This document shows, one piece after another, positions 46,599-55,148 of a stretch of 64,000 nucleotides of DNA. Position 1 is the first letter of the stretch. Each line of letters starts with the position of its first letter. Position numbers and translations under genes: made by a program. The stretch is from an uncultured Solirubrobacteraceae bacterium (GTDB lineage Bacteria > Actinomycetota > Thermoleophilia > Solirubrobacterales > Solirubrobacteraceae). The DNA is taken from the NCBI GenBank assembly GCA_963697985.1, contig CAVOPM010000002.1, positions 108,660 to 172,659 on the forward strand. The letters are read 5' to 3'. Under the pieces are notes generated by a model, which was not told the origin of the DNA, did no database searches, and was given only the letters and a program-made list of their open reading frames with translations.

Positions 46599-48086
46599 AT
46601 GAACTCCGACACCGCCGACCCAGCGGGCACACAGCGCGTAGCGCTGGTTCCGGCCGCGCGCCCGACAATCGTGGACACGACAAACGAGCTGCTCGCCCCG
46701 TTCGGGCCTCCCGCCCCGACCCGCCGACGGACGGCGGCGCTGGCCGGATGGTGGGCGCGGCTGCGCGCCGACCCGGATCGCATGACCGCCGTGCGGGACA
46801 GCCGCAGCGCGTTGTGGCGCTCGCGCGCGCTCGTCTGGCTGGCGGGGTCGGGGACGCTGCTGGTGTTTGGCTTCGGCCCTGTCCGGCACGCCTTCAACCC
46901 GCCCGGCGTGACCCGCGGATTCGGCTGGCTCGGCGACCTGTTGGCCGGCCCGGCGGCGCGCTGGGACGCCTCCTGGTATCTCGTGATCGCGCACTACGGC
47001 TATCGCCCCGACCTCGCGGCGTTCACGTCTTCGCGCACGGCCTTCTTCCCGCTCTATCCGCTTGGCCTGCGCGCGGTCTCATGGCTCGGGACCCCACCCG
47101 TGCTCGCCGGGGTGTTGATATCGCTGCTCGCGCTGGCGCTCGCCCTGTATGGCATCCACCGCCTGACCACGCTCGAGCTCGCCGGCGCGCGGAGAGCGCT
47201 CGCGGACCGGCCGTCGCTCGCCCGCCCGAGGAGCGCGGAGGTGGCTCGCCTGGCGGTTCTCCTCACGGCCTTTGCGCCGATGGCCTTCTACTTCTCGGCG
47301 GTCTACTCCGAGTCGTTGTACCTCGCGCTTTCGGTCGGGCTGTTCTGGTCGGCTCGCCACGGTCGTTGGGCCGCGGTCGGTGTGCTGGGCGCGCTCGCGG
47401 GCGCGACGCGCAGCGCGGGACTCGTGCTCGCACTGCCGGCGTTGATCCTCTACTTGTACGGCCCGCGCGAGGATCGAGCCCCCGACTTCTCGCCGCGGCG
47501 GCTGCTCGCCCCGCGCTACCGGGTGCGCAAGGACATCCTGTGGCTCGGCCTGCTCCCCGCGGGCCTCGGTCTGTATATGGCCTATCTCGGCCTGTCCGGC
47601 GGCGACGCGCTGCTGCCGTTCCACGCGCAGGTCGTGTGGGGTCGTCATTTCGCCGGGCCCTACCTGGGCATCTGGGACGGGATCAAGGCCGCCTTCGACG
47701 GTGCCCGCCAGCTGCTCTCCTTCCAGAGCCACCACGTCTACTTCCCGATCGCCTCCGGCAGCCCGTTCGTGACCGCCGAGCACAACCTGCTGCTGCTCGC
47801 CTTCCTGCTCGCGGCGATCCCGGCTGTCGTCGGCGTGCTGCGCACGCTCCCGCTCGCATACGGCGCCTACGTGATCGCCGCCCTCGCGATGCCGCTGTCC
47901 TACCCGGTGGCTCCCCAACCGCTGATGTCGCTGCCCCGCTTCTTGCTCGTGCTGTTCCCGCTCAGCATCTGGCTCGCCGGATGGCTGGCCGCCCGCCCGC
48001 GGGCGCAGAAGCCCGCGCTGGCCGTGTCCGGCCTGCTGCTGGCGCTGTTCGTCGCCCAGTTCGCCACCTGGCACTGGGTGGCGTGA
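46599..48086 (+). CDS. PIG-V-like (GT-C) mannosyltransferase family membrane protein
   Basis: Contains RWDASWYLVIAHYGY, FFPLYPL, and YSESLYLALSVGLFW, with more than 9 TM helices. Function is inferred. Confidence 0.6.
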   Translation: MNSDTADPAGTQRVALVPAARPTIVDTTNELLAPFGPPAPTRRRTAALAGWWARLRADPDRMTAVRDSRSALWRSRALVWLAGSGTLLVFGFGPVRHAFNPPGVTRGFGWLGDLLAGPAARWDASWYLVIAHYGYRPDLAAFTSSRTAFFPLYPLGLRAVSWLGTPPVLAGVLISLLALALALYGIHRLTTLELAGARRALADRPSLARPRSAEVARLAVLLTAFAPMAFYFSAVYSESLYLALSVGLFWSARHGRWAAVGVLGALAGATRSAGLVLALPALILYLYGPREDRAPDFSPRRLLAPRYRVRKDILWLGLLPAGLGLYMAYLGLSGGDALLPFHAQVVWGRHFAGPYLGIWDGIKAAFDGARQLLSFQSHHVYFPIASGSPFVTAEHNLLLLAFLLAAIPAVVGVLRTLPLAYGAYVIAALAMPLSYPVAPQPLMSLPRFLLVLFPLSIWLAGWLAARPRAQKPALAVSGLLLALFVAQFATWHWVA

Positions 48087-48091
48087 GAGCT

Positions 48092-48967
48092 GTGGACGAG
48101 CTGGCTGCCGCGCGGGGCTCAGTGCAAGCGCAGTCGCTGCCGGAGAGCCGCCCGCCAGGGTCGCGGCGCCCGGACTCGCCGCTTCCGCCCTGGCCTCCGT
48201 GGACAGCGCCGGCCGCGCTGGTAGGCGGATTGGTGCTGGCCGTGGTGGGAGGTCTGCTGGTGGACATTCCCGCGCTCGCTCTCGGCGTGAATGTCACAGC
48301 GCACCACATCCCCAACGGCTTGCAGGTCGCCGACACCGCGGTGCAGGACGTCGGCTTCGTGCTGGTCGCGATCTTCTTCGCGCAGCTCGGGGGGCGCGCC
48401 GTATGGGCTTGGCAGTTCGGCCTCCGTCCAACTCAATTCTGGCGTGCGCTCCGCACGACCGCGGCGATCGGACTCGGCTTCCTGCTCTGTCTGGTGGTTT
48501 GGAATGCGCTCGTGCATCCGCCCACGGAGAAGGTGCTCGAACAGATCGGAACGGGCGTGCTCAGCGCTGCGCTCACCTGCGTGCTGGCACCGATCTGCGA
48601 GGAGTTCCTGTTTCGCGGGTTCATCTTTACGGCCCTTCGCAACTGGCGCGGGACGTGGCCGGCGGCGGTCATCACCGCTCTACTGTTCGGAGCGGTCCAC
48701 GTTGGCTCGGCGCCCGCGCTGGACCTCGTTCCACTTGCCGGATTGGGCTTCGCGCTTTGCCTGCTATATCGCCGCACGGGGTCGCTCTATCCGTGCATCG
48801 TCGTGCATTCGGTGAACAACTCCGTGGCCTTTGGCACGCTCGCGAAATGGAGTTGGCAATGGCAGATCCCTGCGCTCATTCTCGCGTCGCTCGCCGTGAT
48901 CGGGATGCTCGCGCTGACCCTGATCCGCGTTGGCGTGATCGCCGCCGAGGATTCGCTTGCAACCTGA
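48092..48967 (+). CDS. CPBP (CAAX) family intramembrane metalloprotease
   Basis: Contains APICEEFLFRGF, FGAVH, and HSVNN. GTG 48092 lies 6 nt after the upstream stop. Confidence 0.8.
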   Translation: MDELAAARGSVQAQSLPESRPPGSRRPDSPLPPWPPWTAPAALVGGLVLAVVGGLLVDIPALALGVNVTAHHIPNGLQVADTAVQDVGFVLVAIFFAQLGGRAVWAWQFGLRPTQFWRALRTTAAIGLGFLLCLVVWNALVHPPTEKVLEQIGTGVLSAALTCVLAPICEEFLFRGFIFTALRNWRGTWPAAVITALLFGAVHVGSAPALDLVPLAGLGFALCLLYRRTGSLYPCIVVHSVNNSVAFGTLAKWSWQWQIPALILASLAVIGMLALTLIRVGVIAAEDSLAT

Positions 48968-49034
48968 AGCTCGCTCACCGCTTGCAACCCGAGGCTCGGT
49001 CACCGTCGCGCCCGACGGCTAGGATCACGGCGCG

Positions 49035-50096
49035 ATGACCAAGCTGCGCTTTCTCTCGAGCCTCGTGGTCGTGTCCGCGTCGCTGGTGTCGTCAAACGTT
49101 GCCTCCGCGGCCGAATCGCCCGCCCCCGCCGCCCCGGCGCCGGCCCAGGGATCGCCCGCGCCCGCTGGGCCCGTCGCACCGGGCCGGATCCAACTGATCA
49201 TTCGGCACGCGCATGGCAAGCCGCTGTTCGTGATCGCGGGTAGGCGGATGGCGGTTCGCGGCGTCGTCGTTCCCTACGTGGCCGGACAAAGGGTCAAGGT
49301 GAGCGTCTACCGCGAAGGGCGCAAGGTCGAGGTGAAGACGGTGAGCGTGCTCGCCGCACGAAACGGCAGCGGCAAGTTCGAACTGAGCTACACAAGCGCC
49401 GGGGTCGGACTCGTGCAGGTCCGCGCCGTGCACTATGCGACGCCCCAGCAGGCGCTGTTCAGCGGCCGTTCGACCACCGTTCGAGTGACCGGCACCAACC
49501 TCAGCGGCGGCGCCCAGGGGTTCTCCGTGCGAGTCCTTCAATCCGAGCTGAACGCCCTGCACTATGTCGTGCCGTTGAGCGGCGTGTTCGATGAAGGCAC
49601 AGGGCACGCGGTGATCGCCTACCGCAAGATCGCCGGACTGGAACGCGTCCCGTCGACGAACGCGCGGGTGTTCGACCTGCTGGGGCGCGGGGCGGGCAAC
49701 TTCCGTGTGCGCTACCGCCGCGACGGCAGGCACGTCGAGGCCGACCTGACCAGGCAGGTGCTTGCCGAGATCGAACCGGGCGGACACGTCCGCTCGATCT
49801 ACACGATGAGCTCCGGCAAGCCCTCCACGCCTACGGTGATCGGACACTTCCTCGTGTACTCAAAGACTCCCGGCGTCAACTCCGAGGGGATGGTCGACTC
49901 CAACTACTTCATCCGCGGCTACGCGATCCACGGCTACCCCGAAGTGCCGACGTTCGCGGCCAGTCACGGCTGCCTGCGCGTGCCGATCCCGGACGCCGCG
50001 TCGATCTTCGGCTGGGTGCAGACGGGGACGCCGGTGGACGTGTACAACGAGGGCGGCGGCGGTAGCCACCACGTGAACGGCAACGCGGGTCCGTGA
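49035..50096 (+). CDS. L,D-transpeptidase (YkuD) with peptidoglycan-binding domain
   Basis: Signal peptide, a PG_binding_1-like segment (VRVLQSELNALHYV), and the catalytic motif HGYPEVPTFAASHGCLRV. Confidence 0.85.
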   Translation: MTKLRFLSSLVVVSASLVSSNVASAAESPAPAAPAPAQGSPAPAGPVAPGRIQLIIRHAHGKPLFVIAGRRMAVRGVVVPYVAGQRVKVSVYREGRKVEVKTVSVLAARNGSGKFELSYTSAGVGLVQVRAVHYATPQQALFSGRSTTVRVTGTNLSGGAQGFSVRVLQSELNALHYVVPLSGVFDEGTGHAVIAYRKIAGLERVPSTNARVFDLLGRGAGNFRVRYRRDGRHVEADLTRQVLAEIEPGGHVRSIYTMSSGKPSTPTVIGHFLVYSKTPGVNSEGMVDSNYFIRGYAIHGYPEVPTFAASHGCLRVPIPDAASIFGWVQTGTPVDVYNEGGGGSHHVNGNAGP

Positions 50097-50127
50097 CCCA
50101 TGGACGCTGCGCGGGCCGGCGTCCTCA

Positions 50128-50164
50128 CCGATCGGAGATCGGCCAGCACGTGTGCAAAGCACAC
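50128..50164. terminator. two adjacent short hairpins in a convergent intergenic gap
   Basis: CCGATC-gga-GATCGG (50128-50142) and GTGTGC-aaa-GCACAC (50150-50164). They sit between the L,D-transpeptidase stop and the stop of the minus-strand ORF. Confidence 0.25.
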
Positions 50165-50219
50165 CACGCTCTCTGCGTCCTTGGCCCGCTTGGTCCATGG
50201 GCCACGGATGGTGCAGTAG

Positions 50220-50597
50220 CTACACCCGCACGCGGATCACGCGGGCCAGGAAGCTGAGCCCGAAGCCGTACACGATCAGCGCGAGCAGCAGGTTCGTCCC
50301 GCGGATGACCCATTCGCTGCTCGATCCAGCGGTGATGCCGGAGAATGGTGAGGTCAACGCGTTGGAGGCGTCGTCGATCGCCCTGTGCACGGAGCTCTCC
50401 CGTCCGGAGGAGGAGTTCGCCGGGCTGGCCCCGGTTGTTGCTGTGGCCGTCGGCGGGGCGCCTCCGTTCAGGAGTCCCTGCTGATGCGTGGACGCACTCC
50501 TCGTCTTGTTGAAGGCGAACAGCCCGAAGGAGGCGATCGCGACCAGGCAGATGGCCAGGGAGGCCAGGCGCAGCAGGCCGGCCAGCGAGGAGAGCAC
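50220..50597 (-). CDS. hypothetical membrane protein (start uncertain)
   Basis: A TM helix at each end (LLRLASLAICLVAIASFGLFAF; LLLALIVYGFGLSFLARVI). GTG 50597 avoids overlap with pyrE. Confidence 0.4.
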   Translation of the reverse strand: MLSSLAGLLRLASLAICLVAIASFGLFAFNKTRSASTHQQGLLNGGAPPTATATTGASPANSSSGRESSVHRAIDDASNALTSPFSGITAGSSSEWVIRGTNLLLALIVYGFGLSFLARVIRVRV

Positions 50598-50618
50598 CCG
50601 TCTAGAGTAAATACCGAC

Positions 50619-51209
50619 ATGGACGCCGTGGCCGAATGTAGTAACGAGCTTGCGCGCGCACGCGAGAGCCTGATCGCCGAGCTCCGCGAGCACGCTCTGG
50701 TAATCGGCGCGGTGACGCTCACGAGCGGCGCGCGCGCGCAGTACTACGTCGACGCCAAGCGCGCGATCCTGCGCCCGTCGGGCTTCGCCGCCCTCGGCGC
50801 CCTCCTCGCCTGGCATCTGGCCGACTGGGAGGCGACGGCGGTCGGCGGTATGACGATGGGCGCCGACCCTGTGGCATGCGCTGCCCTGGCCGGCGGTACC
50901 GACGCGAAGGCGTTCTTCGTGCGCAAGGAGGCCAAGGCTCACGGGCTGCAGCGACGAATCGAGGGACCGACGCTGATGCCCGAGGACCGCTGCGTGGTCG
51001 TGGAGGATGTCGTCACCAGCGGAGGGTCCACGCTCGCGGCGATTCAGGCGCTGAACGACGCCGGCCGCGAGATCTGCGGCGTGATCAGCGTGCTCGACCG
51101 GCTCGCCGGCGCCGGGGCGGCGATCGAGCGGGCCGCGGGCGCCCCGTATGTGGCGCTCACGACGATCGACGATATCTACCCCGATCGACCCGATCGACAG
51201 GATCGCTGA
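50619..51209 (+). CDS. pyrE: orotate phosphoribosyltransferase
   Basis: Contains TLTSGARAQYYVDAKRA, and the PRPP loop VVVEDVVTSGGS. Confidence 0.88.
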   Translation: MDAVAECSNELARARESLIAELREHALVIGAVTLTSGARAQYYVDAKRAILRPSGFAALGALLAWHLADWEATAVGGMTMGADPVACAALAGGTDAKAFFVRKEAKAHGLQRRIEGPTLMPEDRCVVVEDVVTSGGSTLAAIQALNDAGREICGVISVLDRLAGAGAAIERAAGAPYVALTTIDDIYPDRPDRQDR

Positions 51210-51217
51210 GGGGTGCC

Positions 51218-51742
51218 TTGACGAGCCGATCGCAGTCGACGATCATCCGCGCCGCCGGCCCGCAGGACGTTCCGCTGCTGCTCGAGCTGTTCGGCGAACT
51301 CGCCGCGTACGAGCGCTTGGAGGACGAGCTGCGCGGCACCGAGGAGCAGCTGACGGACGTCATGTTCGGCGAGCGACCGGCGGCCGAGGCGCTGATCGCC
51401 GAGCGGGACACCGAGACGGCGGGCTATGCACTGTTCTTCCCGACGTTCTCGAGCTTCCTCGCCAGTCGTGGCTTGTGGCTGGAGGATCTCTTCGTGCGCC
51501 CGCCTCACCGCGCCGCCGGTGTGGGCAGAGCCCTAGTGTCGGCGGTCGCCGCGCGCGCCCGCGAGTACGGCGACGCGCGTCTGGAATGGGCGGCGCTCGA
51601 CTGGAACGAGCTCGCGCTCGGCTTCTACCGCGGCCTCGGCGCCCGCACGATGGCCGAGTGGGTCACGCACCGTCTCGATGGCCCAGAGCTGGACCGCGTC
51701 GCCGAGGAGTTCTCGGAGCTTCCCGCACACGACCGCCGGTAG
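51218..51742 (+). CDS. GNAT family N-acetyltransferase
   Basis: Contains IRAAGPQDVPLLLELF, the acetyl-CoA motif RAAGVGRALVSAV, and LEWAALDWNE.A..FY. TTG start. Confidence 0.8.
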   Translation: MTSRSQSTIIRAAGPQDVPLLLELFGELAAYERLEDELRGTEEQLTDVMFGERPAAEALIAERDTETAGYALFFPTFSSFLASRGLWLEDLFVRPPHRAAGVGRALVSAVAARAREYGDARLEWAALDWNELALGFYRGLGARTMAEWVTHRLDGPELDRVAEEFSELPAHDRR

Positions 51743-51776
51743 CCTTCTCACGGGCGCCTTGCCCTCGCTGGACCAC

Positions 51777-51848
51777 GCCCTCGTAGTCCAATGGATAAGA
51801 CGACCGCCTCCTAAGCGGTAGATCCAGGTCCGACTCCTGGCGGGGGCA
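51777..51848 (+). tRNA. tRNA-Arg (anticodon CCT), T-loop reads TCCGACT (C at position 55)
   Basis: 72-nt cloverleaf folded by eye: acceptor GCCCTCG/CGGGGGC (one G-U pair), anticodon stem ACCGC/GCGGT, loop CTCCTAA, T-stem CCAGG/CCTGG. Confidence 0.88.
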
Positions 51849-52067
51849 TGAATTGCCTGCAAATCCTTGACGGGATCACCCTCCGCGCTTACGGCGCTCT
51901 TGAGAAAAGAGATCAAGCCCAGCGCGGGTATCGGCGGACCGCGTCGCTACTCGTGTGCGCAAATCCCCAGAGTCGCGACCCATGTCGAGGCCGCGCGCTT
52001 TACGGCACCGCGCCGCTGGCCGCAGCGGTCTCGGAGGCCCCGAGCGTTGGCGCCTCCCTCCCGCCCG

Positions 52068-52673
52068 TCAGTCGGACGTCGTGCGCTCGAGAGCGCGCTG
52101 GCGGGCGGGCCGCTGCGCGAGCCGTGCTAAGTAGTCCCGCAGGTTCGCGGGGAGCTCGTCCGCGAAGCCGATGCGCTCTGTGAACGCCAGCGTGCTCCCG
52201 ACAAGCACGTCAGCCACCGTGAAGCGCCCGCCGACGAGATAGTCGCTGCCATCCAGGGCGCTGGAGACAGCACTCGCGGCCTCGTCAAAGCGCCGTCGCG
52301 CGGCAGTGGAGCGCTCGGGGTCGCGCTGGGCATGTACGGCCGACTCGATCAGTGGTGGCTCGAGCTCGGCTGGGGCGAAGATCGTCCACTGATAGAGCAG
52401 CGCCCGCTCGCGCGTCCCCGGTGCTGGTGCTAGGCCGGCATCGGGATGCAGGTCGGCGAGATGCAGGCAGATCGCTGCCGATTCGAATACGAAACACCCT
52501 TGCTCGTCCTCAAGCACGGGCACGCGGCTCAGCGGATGTCGGGCGCGGTGCTGGTCGCCCTTGCTTTCCTCGCGCGTCATCAGCGTGATCTCATATGGCT
52601 CGCCGAGCTCCTCAAGCATCCACGCGACGCGGATCGGCCGGCCGGCGTGCTCCCGGTGATACACACGCATCAT
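52068..52673 (-). CDS. glutathione S-transferase family protein
   Basis: 201 aa: RVAWMLEELGEPYE, SRVPVLEDE...FESAAICLHLAD, plus a C-terminal helical domain. Confidence 0.8.
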   Translation of the reverse strand: MMRVYHREHAGRPIRVAWMLEELGEPYEITLMTREESKGDQHRARHPLSRVPVLEDEQGCFVFESAAICLHLADLHPDAGLAPAPGTRERALLYQWTIFAPAELEPPLIESAVHAQRDPERSTAARRRFDEAASAVSSALDGSDYLVGGRFTVADVLVGSTLAFTERIGFADELPANLRDYLARLAQRPARQRALERTTSD

Positions 52674-52866
52674 GCGGGGCACGATAGTGCCCGGCGCGAG
52701 TGCGCGCCCGCCTGCACTGCAGGGCCTTTCTCGCCTCGCGGCAGCCCACCAAGCGCCGCCCGGCAGATGACGTCGAACAAAAAGAAAATCCGGGGGCGTG
52801 TCGATTTCGGCCGATCTCGTTCGACGTGCGGGTAGATACCACCACACCCACCACAAGGAGACACAA

Positions 52867-53283
52867 ATGCGTTTCATGGTTCTGGTCCCTGGGAACCCCG
52901 AATCCGAGGCCGGCGAGATGCCCAGCACAGAGATGCTGGGGACGATGACGAAGTACAACGAAGAGCTCGTCAAGTCAGGCGTGATGCTGGCGGGCGAGGG
53001 CCTGCACCCGACCTCCAAGGGCGCAAAGGTCCGCTTCAACGGCAGCAAACGAACCGTCATCGACGGTCCGTTTACCGAGGCCAAGGAGATCGTCGCGGGC
53101 TACTGGGTCTGGGAGTGCGGGTCGCGCGACGAGGCGATCGAGTGGCTCAAGCGAGCACCGTTCGACGACGATGTCGAGATCGAGCTACGCCAGATCTTCG
53201 AGGCCGACGACTTCGGCGAGCAGCTGACGCCGGAGCTGCGCGAGGCCAACGAGCGGCTGCGCGAGCAGAGCGCCCAGAATTAG
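52867..53283 (+). CDS. YciI/DGPF-domain family protein
   Basis: MRFMVLVPGNPESEAG...YNEELVKSGVMLAGEGL...IDGPFTEAKEIVAGYWVWE; AAGGAG Shine-Dalgarno upstream. Confidence 0.8.
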   Translation: MRFMVLVPGNPESEAGEMPSTEMLGTMTKYNEELVKSGVMLAGEGLHPTSKGAKVRFNGSKRTVIDGPFTEAKEIVAGYWVWECGSRDEAIEWLKRAPFDDDVEIELRQIFEADDFGEQLTPELREANERLREQSAQN

Positions 53284-53287
53284 GCGC

Positions 53288-54549
53288 GTGACGTCGACGG
53301 CCACCCATCGTGCGATCGACGCCGTCTGGCGGATCGAGTCGGCCCGGTTGATAGCCGGGCTGACTCGCATCGTGGGCGACGTGGCGGTGGCCGAGGATCT
53401 GGCCCAGGACGCCCTCGTTGCCGCGCTCGAGCAGTGGCCTGAGTCGGGCATTCCGGAGAATCCGGGCGCATGGCTGATGGCCACCGCCAAGCGCCGGGGC
53501 ATCGATGCGCTGCGCCGGCGCGTCGCGCTCGAGCGCAAGCGGGAGCTGATCGGGCGCGAGCTGGAAATCCTCCAGCAGCTCGATCGGTCCGACCTCGCCG
53601 CGCAGGTCGAAGACGTGCAGGACGATGTGCTGCGCCTGATCTTCATGACGTGCCATCCGGTGCTGTCCCGGGAGGCGCGCGTCGCGCTTGACGCTGCGCC
53701 TGCTGGGTGGCCTGTCGACGCCGGAGATCGCGCGGGCGTACCTCGCCTCCGAGGGGACCGTCGCGCAGCGCATCGTCCGCGCTAAGCGCACGCTCGCCGA
53801 GGCACGGGTGCCGTTTGAGGTCCCCAGTCGCGACGATCTGGCCGAGCGCCTGTCTGCGGTGCTCGAGGTAATCTACCTGGTGTTCAACGAGGGCTACGCG
53901 GCGACGGCCGGCGAGCAATGGATCCGGCCGGCGCTGTGCGCGGACGCGCTACGCCTCGGGAGGATCCTGGCGGCGCTGATGCCCCGCGAGCCTGAGGTCA
54001 ACGGCCTGCTGGCCCTGATGGAGCTTCAGGCCTCGCGGCTGCGGGCGCGGGTCGGGCCGCAGGGCGAGCCGGTACTGCTCGCCGATCAGGACCGCGCGCG
54101 CTGGGACCATCTGCTCGTGCAGCGCGGCCTCGCCGGGCTGCGGCGGGCCGAGGAGCTCAGCGGCGCGTTGGGCCCGTACACGTTGCAGGCCGCGATCGCT
54201 GCCTGCCATGCGGAGGCCCGGAGCGTCGAGCGAGACCGACTGGCCGCGGATCGTCGCGCTTTACGACGGCCTGGCGGCGCTCACCGGCTCCCCGGTCGTG
54301 GAGCTCAACCGCGCTGTGGCGGTGACGATGGCCTTCGGTCCCGAGGCCGGGCTCGAGCTCGTCGACTCGCTCGCCGATGAGCCCGCGTTGCGTGGCTACC
54401 ACCTGCTGCCCGGGGTGCGTGGCGACATCCTGGTGCGCCTGGGGCGGCTTGCCGAGGCGCGCGAGGAGTTCGAGCGGGCAGCCGACCTTTGCGACAACGA
54501 GCGCGAGCGCGAGCTACTGCTCTCGCGCGCGGTCGCTTGTGACGCATAA
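53288..54549 (+). pseudogene. ECF-type RNA polymerase sigma factor with C-terminal helical-repeat domain (YciI-associated family), two frameshifts (possibly sequencing errors)
   Basis: Sigma region 2 (DLAQDALVAALEQWP...NPGAWL..TAKRR.ID) is in frame 1. Region 4 (LRLLGGLSTPEIARAYL.SEGTVAQRI.RAK) is in frame 2. The C-terminus (TDWPRIVALYDGL...YHLLPGVRGD) is in frame 3. Confidence 0.75.
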
Positions 54550-54725
54550 GGACGGGCGGACAAGTAACCCGGCCATGTTGGCCAGCAGCGATTGGGCAGC
54601 AGCCCCCGTCCGCTGCCCAAACCACGCACGATCCCACCGAATCGCGCCCTATCGCGCCGGCCCCGACGCGTTGAAAAGTGCTGCTAGTGGGCCGGTCTTG
54701 AGGCATTTCTCGCCGAGTGCTCCCG

Positions 54726-54769
54726 CGCCTCCTAAGCGGTAAATCCAGGTTCGACTCCTGGCGGGGGCA
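54726..54769 (+). repeat. 44-nt copy of the tRNA-Arg(CCT) 3' half (att-like), 2 mismatches
   Basis: cgcctcctaagcggtaAatccaggtTcgactcctggcgggggca compared with tRNA positions 51805-51848. No 5' half lies upstream. Confidence 0.8.
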
Positions 54770-54860
54770 CTACCGGAGTAACAGGTTTGCGCCTAGCGGC
54801 TGTGGCTGTGCATCACTAGGCAGCGCTAGGATGCCTCGCAAGGCCACGAAGGAGGAGGCG

Positions 54861-55148
54861 ATGACGCGCTACCTGATCGAGCGGGCGTGGGACCCTATCG
54901 AGGAAGACGAGATGTCGTCCAAGGGGCCGCTTTCCAAGAAGATCCTTGAGGAGAACGAGCAGTTCTCGCCCGTCGTGTGGGAGCACTCGCACACGGTCAT
55001 GGACGAGGAGGGGCAGCTCAAGTCGTACTGCGTCTATTCGTCACCGAACGCTGACCTCATCCGCGAGCACGCGGGCATGCTCGGAGATCACAGCATCGTG
55101 CACATCTACGAGATCGGCGGCGACATCTCTCCCGACGACTTCGACTGA
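54861..55148 (+). CDS. DUF4242 (SCO4226-like) family protein
   Basis: MTRYLIERAWDPIEEDEM...VVWEHSHTVMDEEGQLKSYCVYSSPNADLIREHA. A GGAGGAGG Shine-Dalgarno lies 3 nt before ATG 54861. Confidence 0.65.
   Translation: MTRYLIERAWDPIEEDEMSSKGPLSKKILEENEQFSPVVWEHSHTVMDEEGQLKSYCVYSSPNADLIREHAGMLGDHSIVHIYEIGGDISPDDFD

Noticed and set aside
51848-52183. 111-aa plus-strand ORF starting at the last base of tRNA-Arg.
   Set aside because: It has no motifs and low-complexity Ala/Arg/Ser composition. It overlaps the GST gene end, and its start lies inside the tRNA, so it is treated as non-coding island flank.
54726-54769. The two tRNA-like fragments (also 57635-57676) considered as additional tRNA-Arg genes or tRNA pseudogenes.
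   Set aside because: No complementary acceptor 5' strand, D-arm or 5' anticodon-stem strand exists upstream of either fragment. They begin precisely within or next to the anticodon stem, as expected for att duplications.
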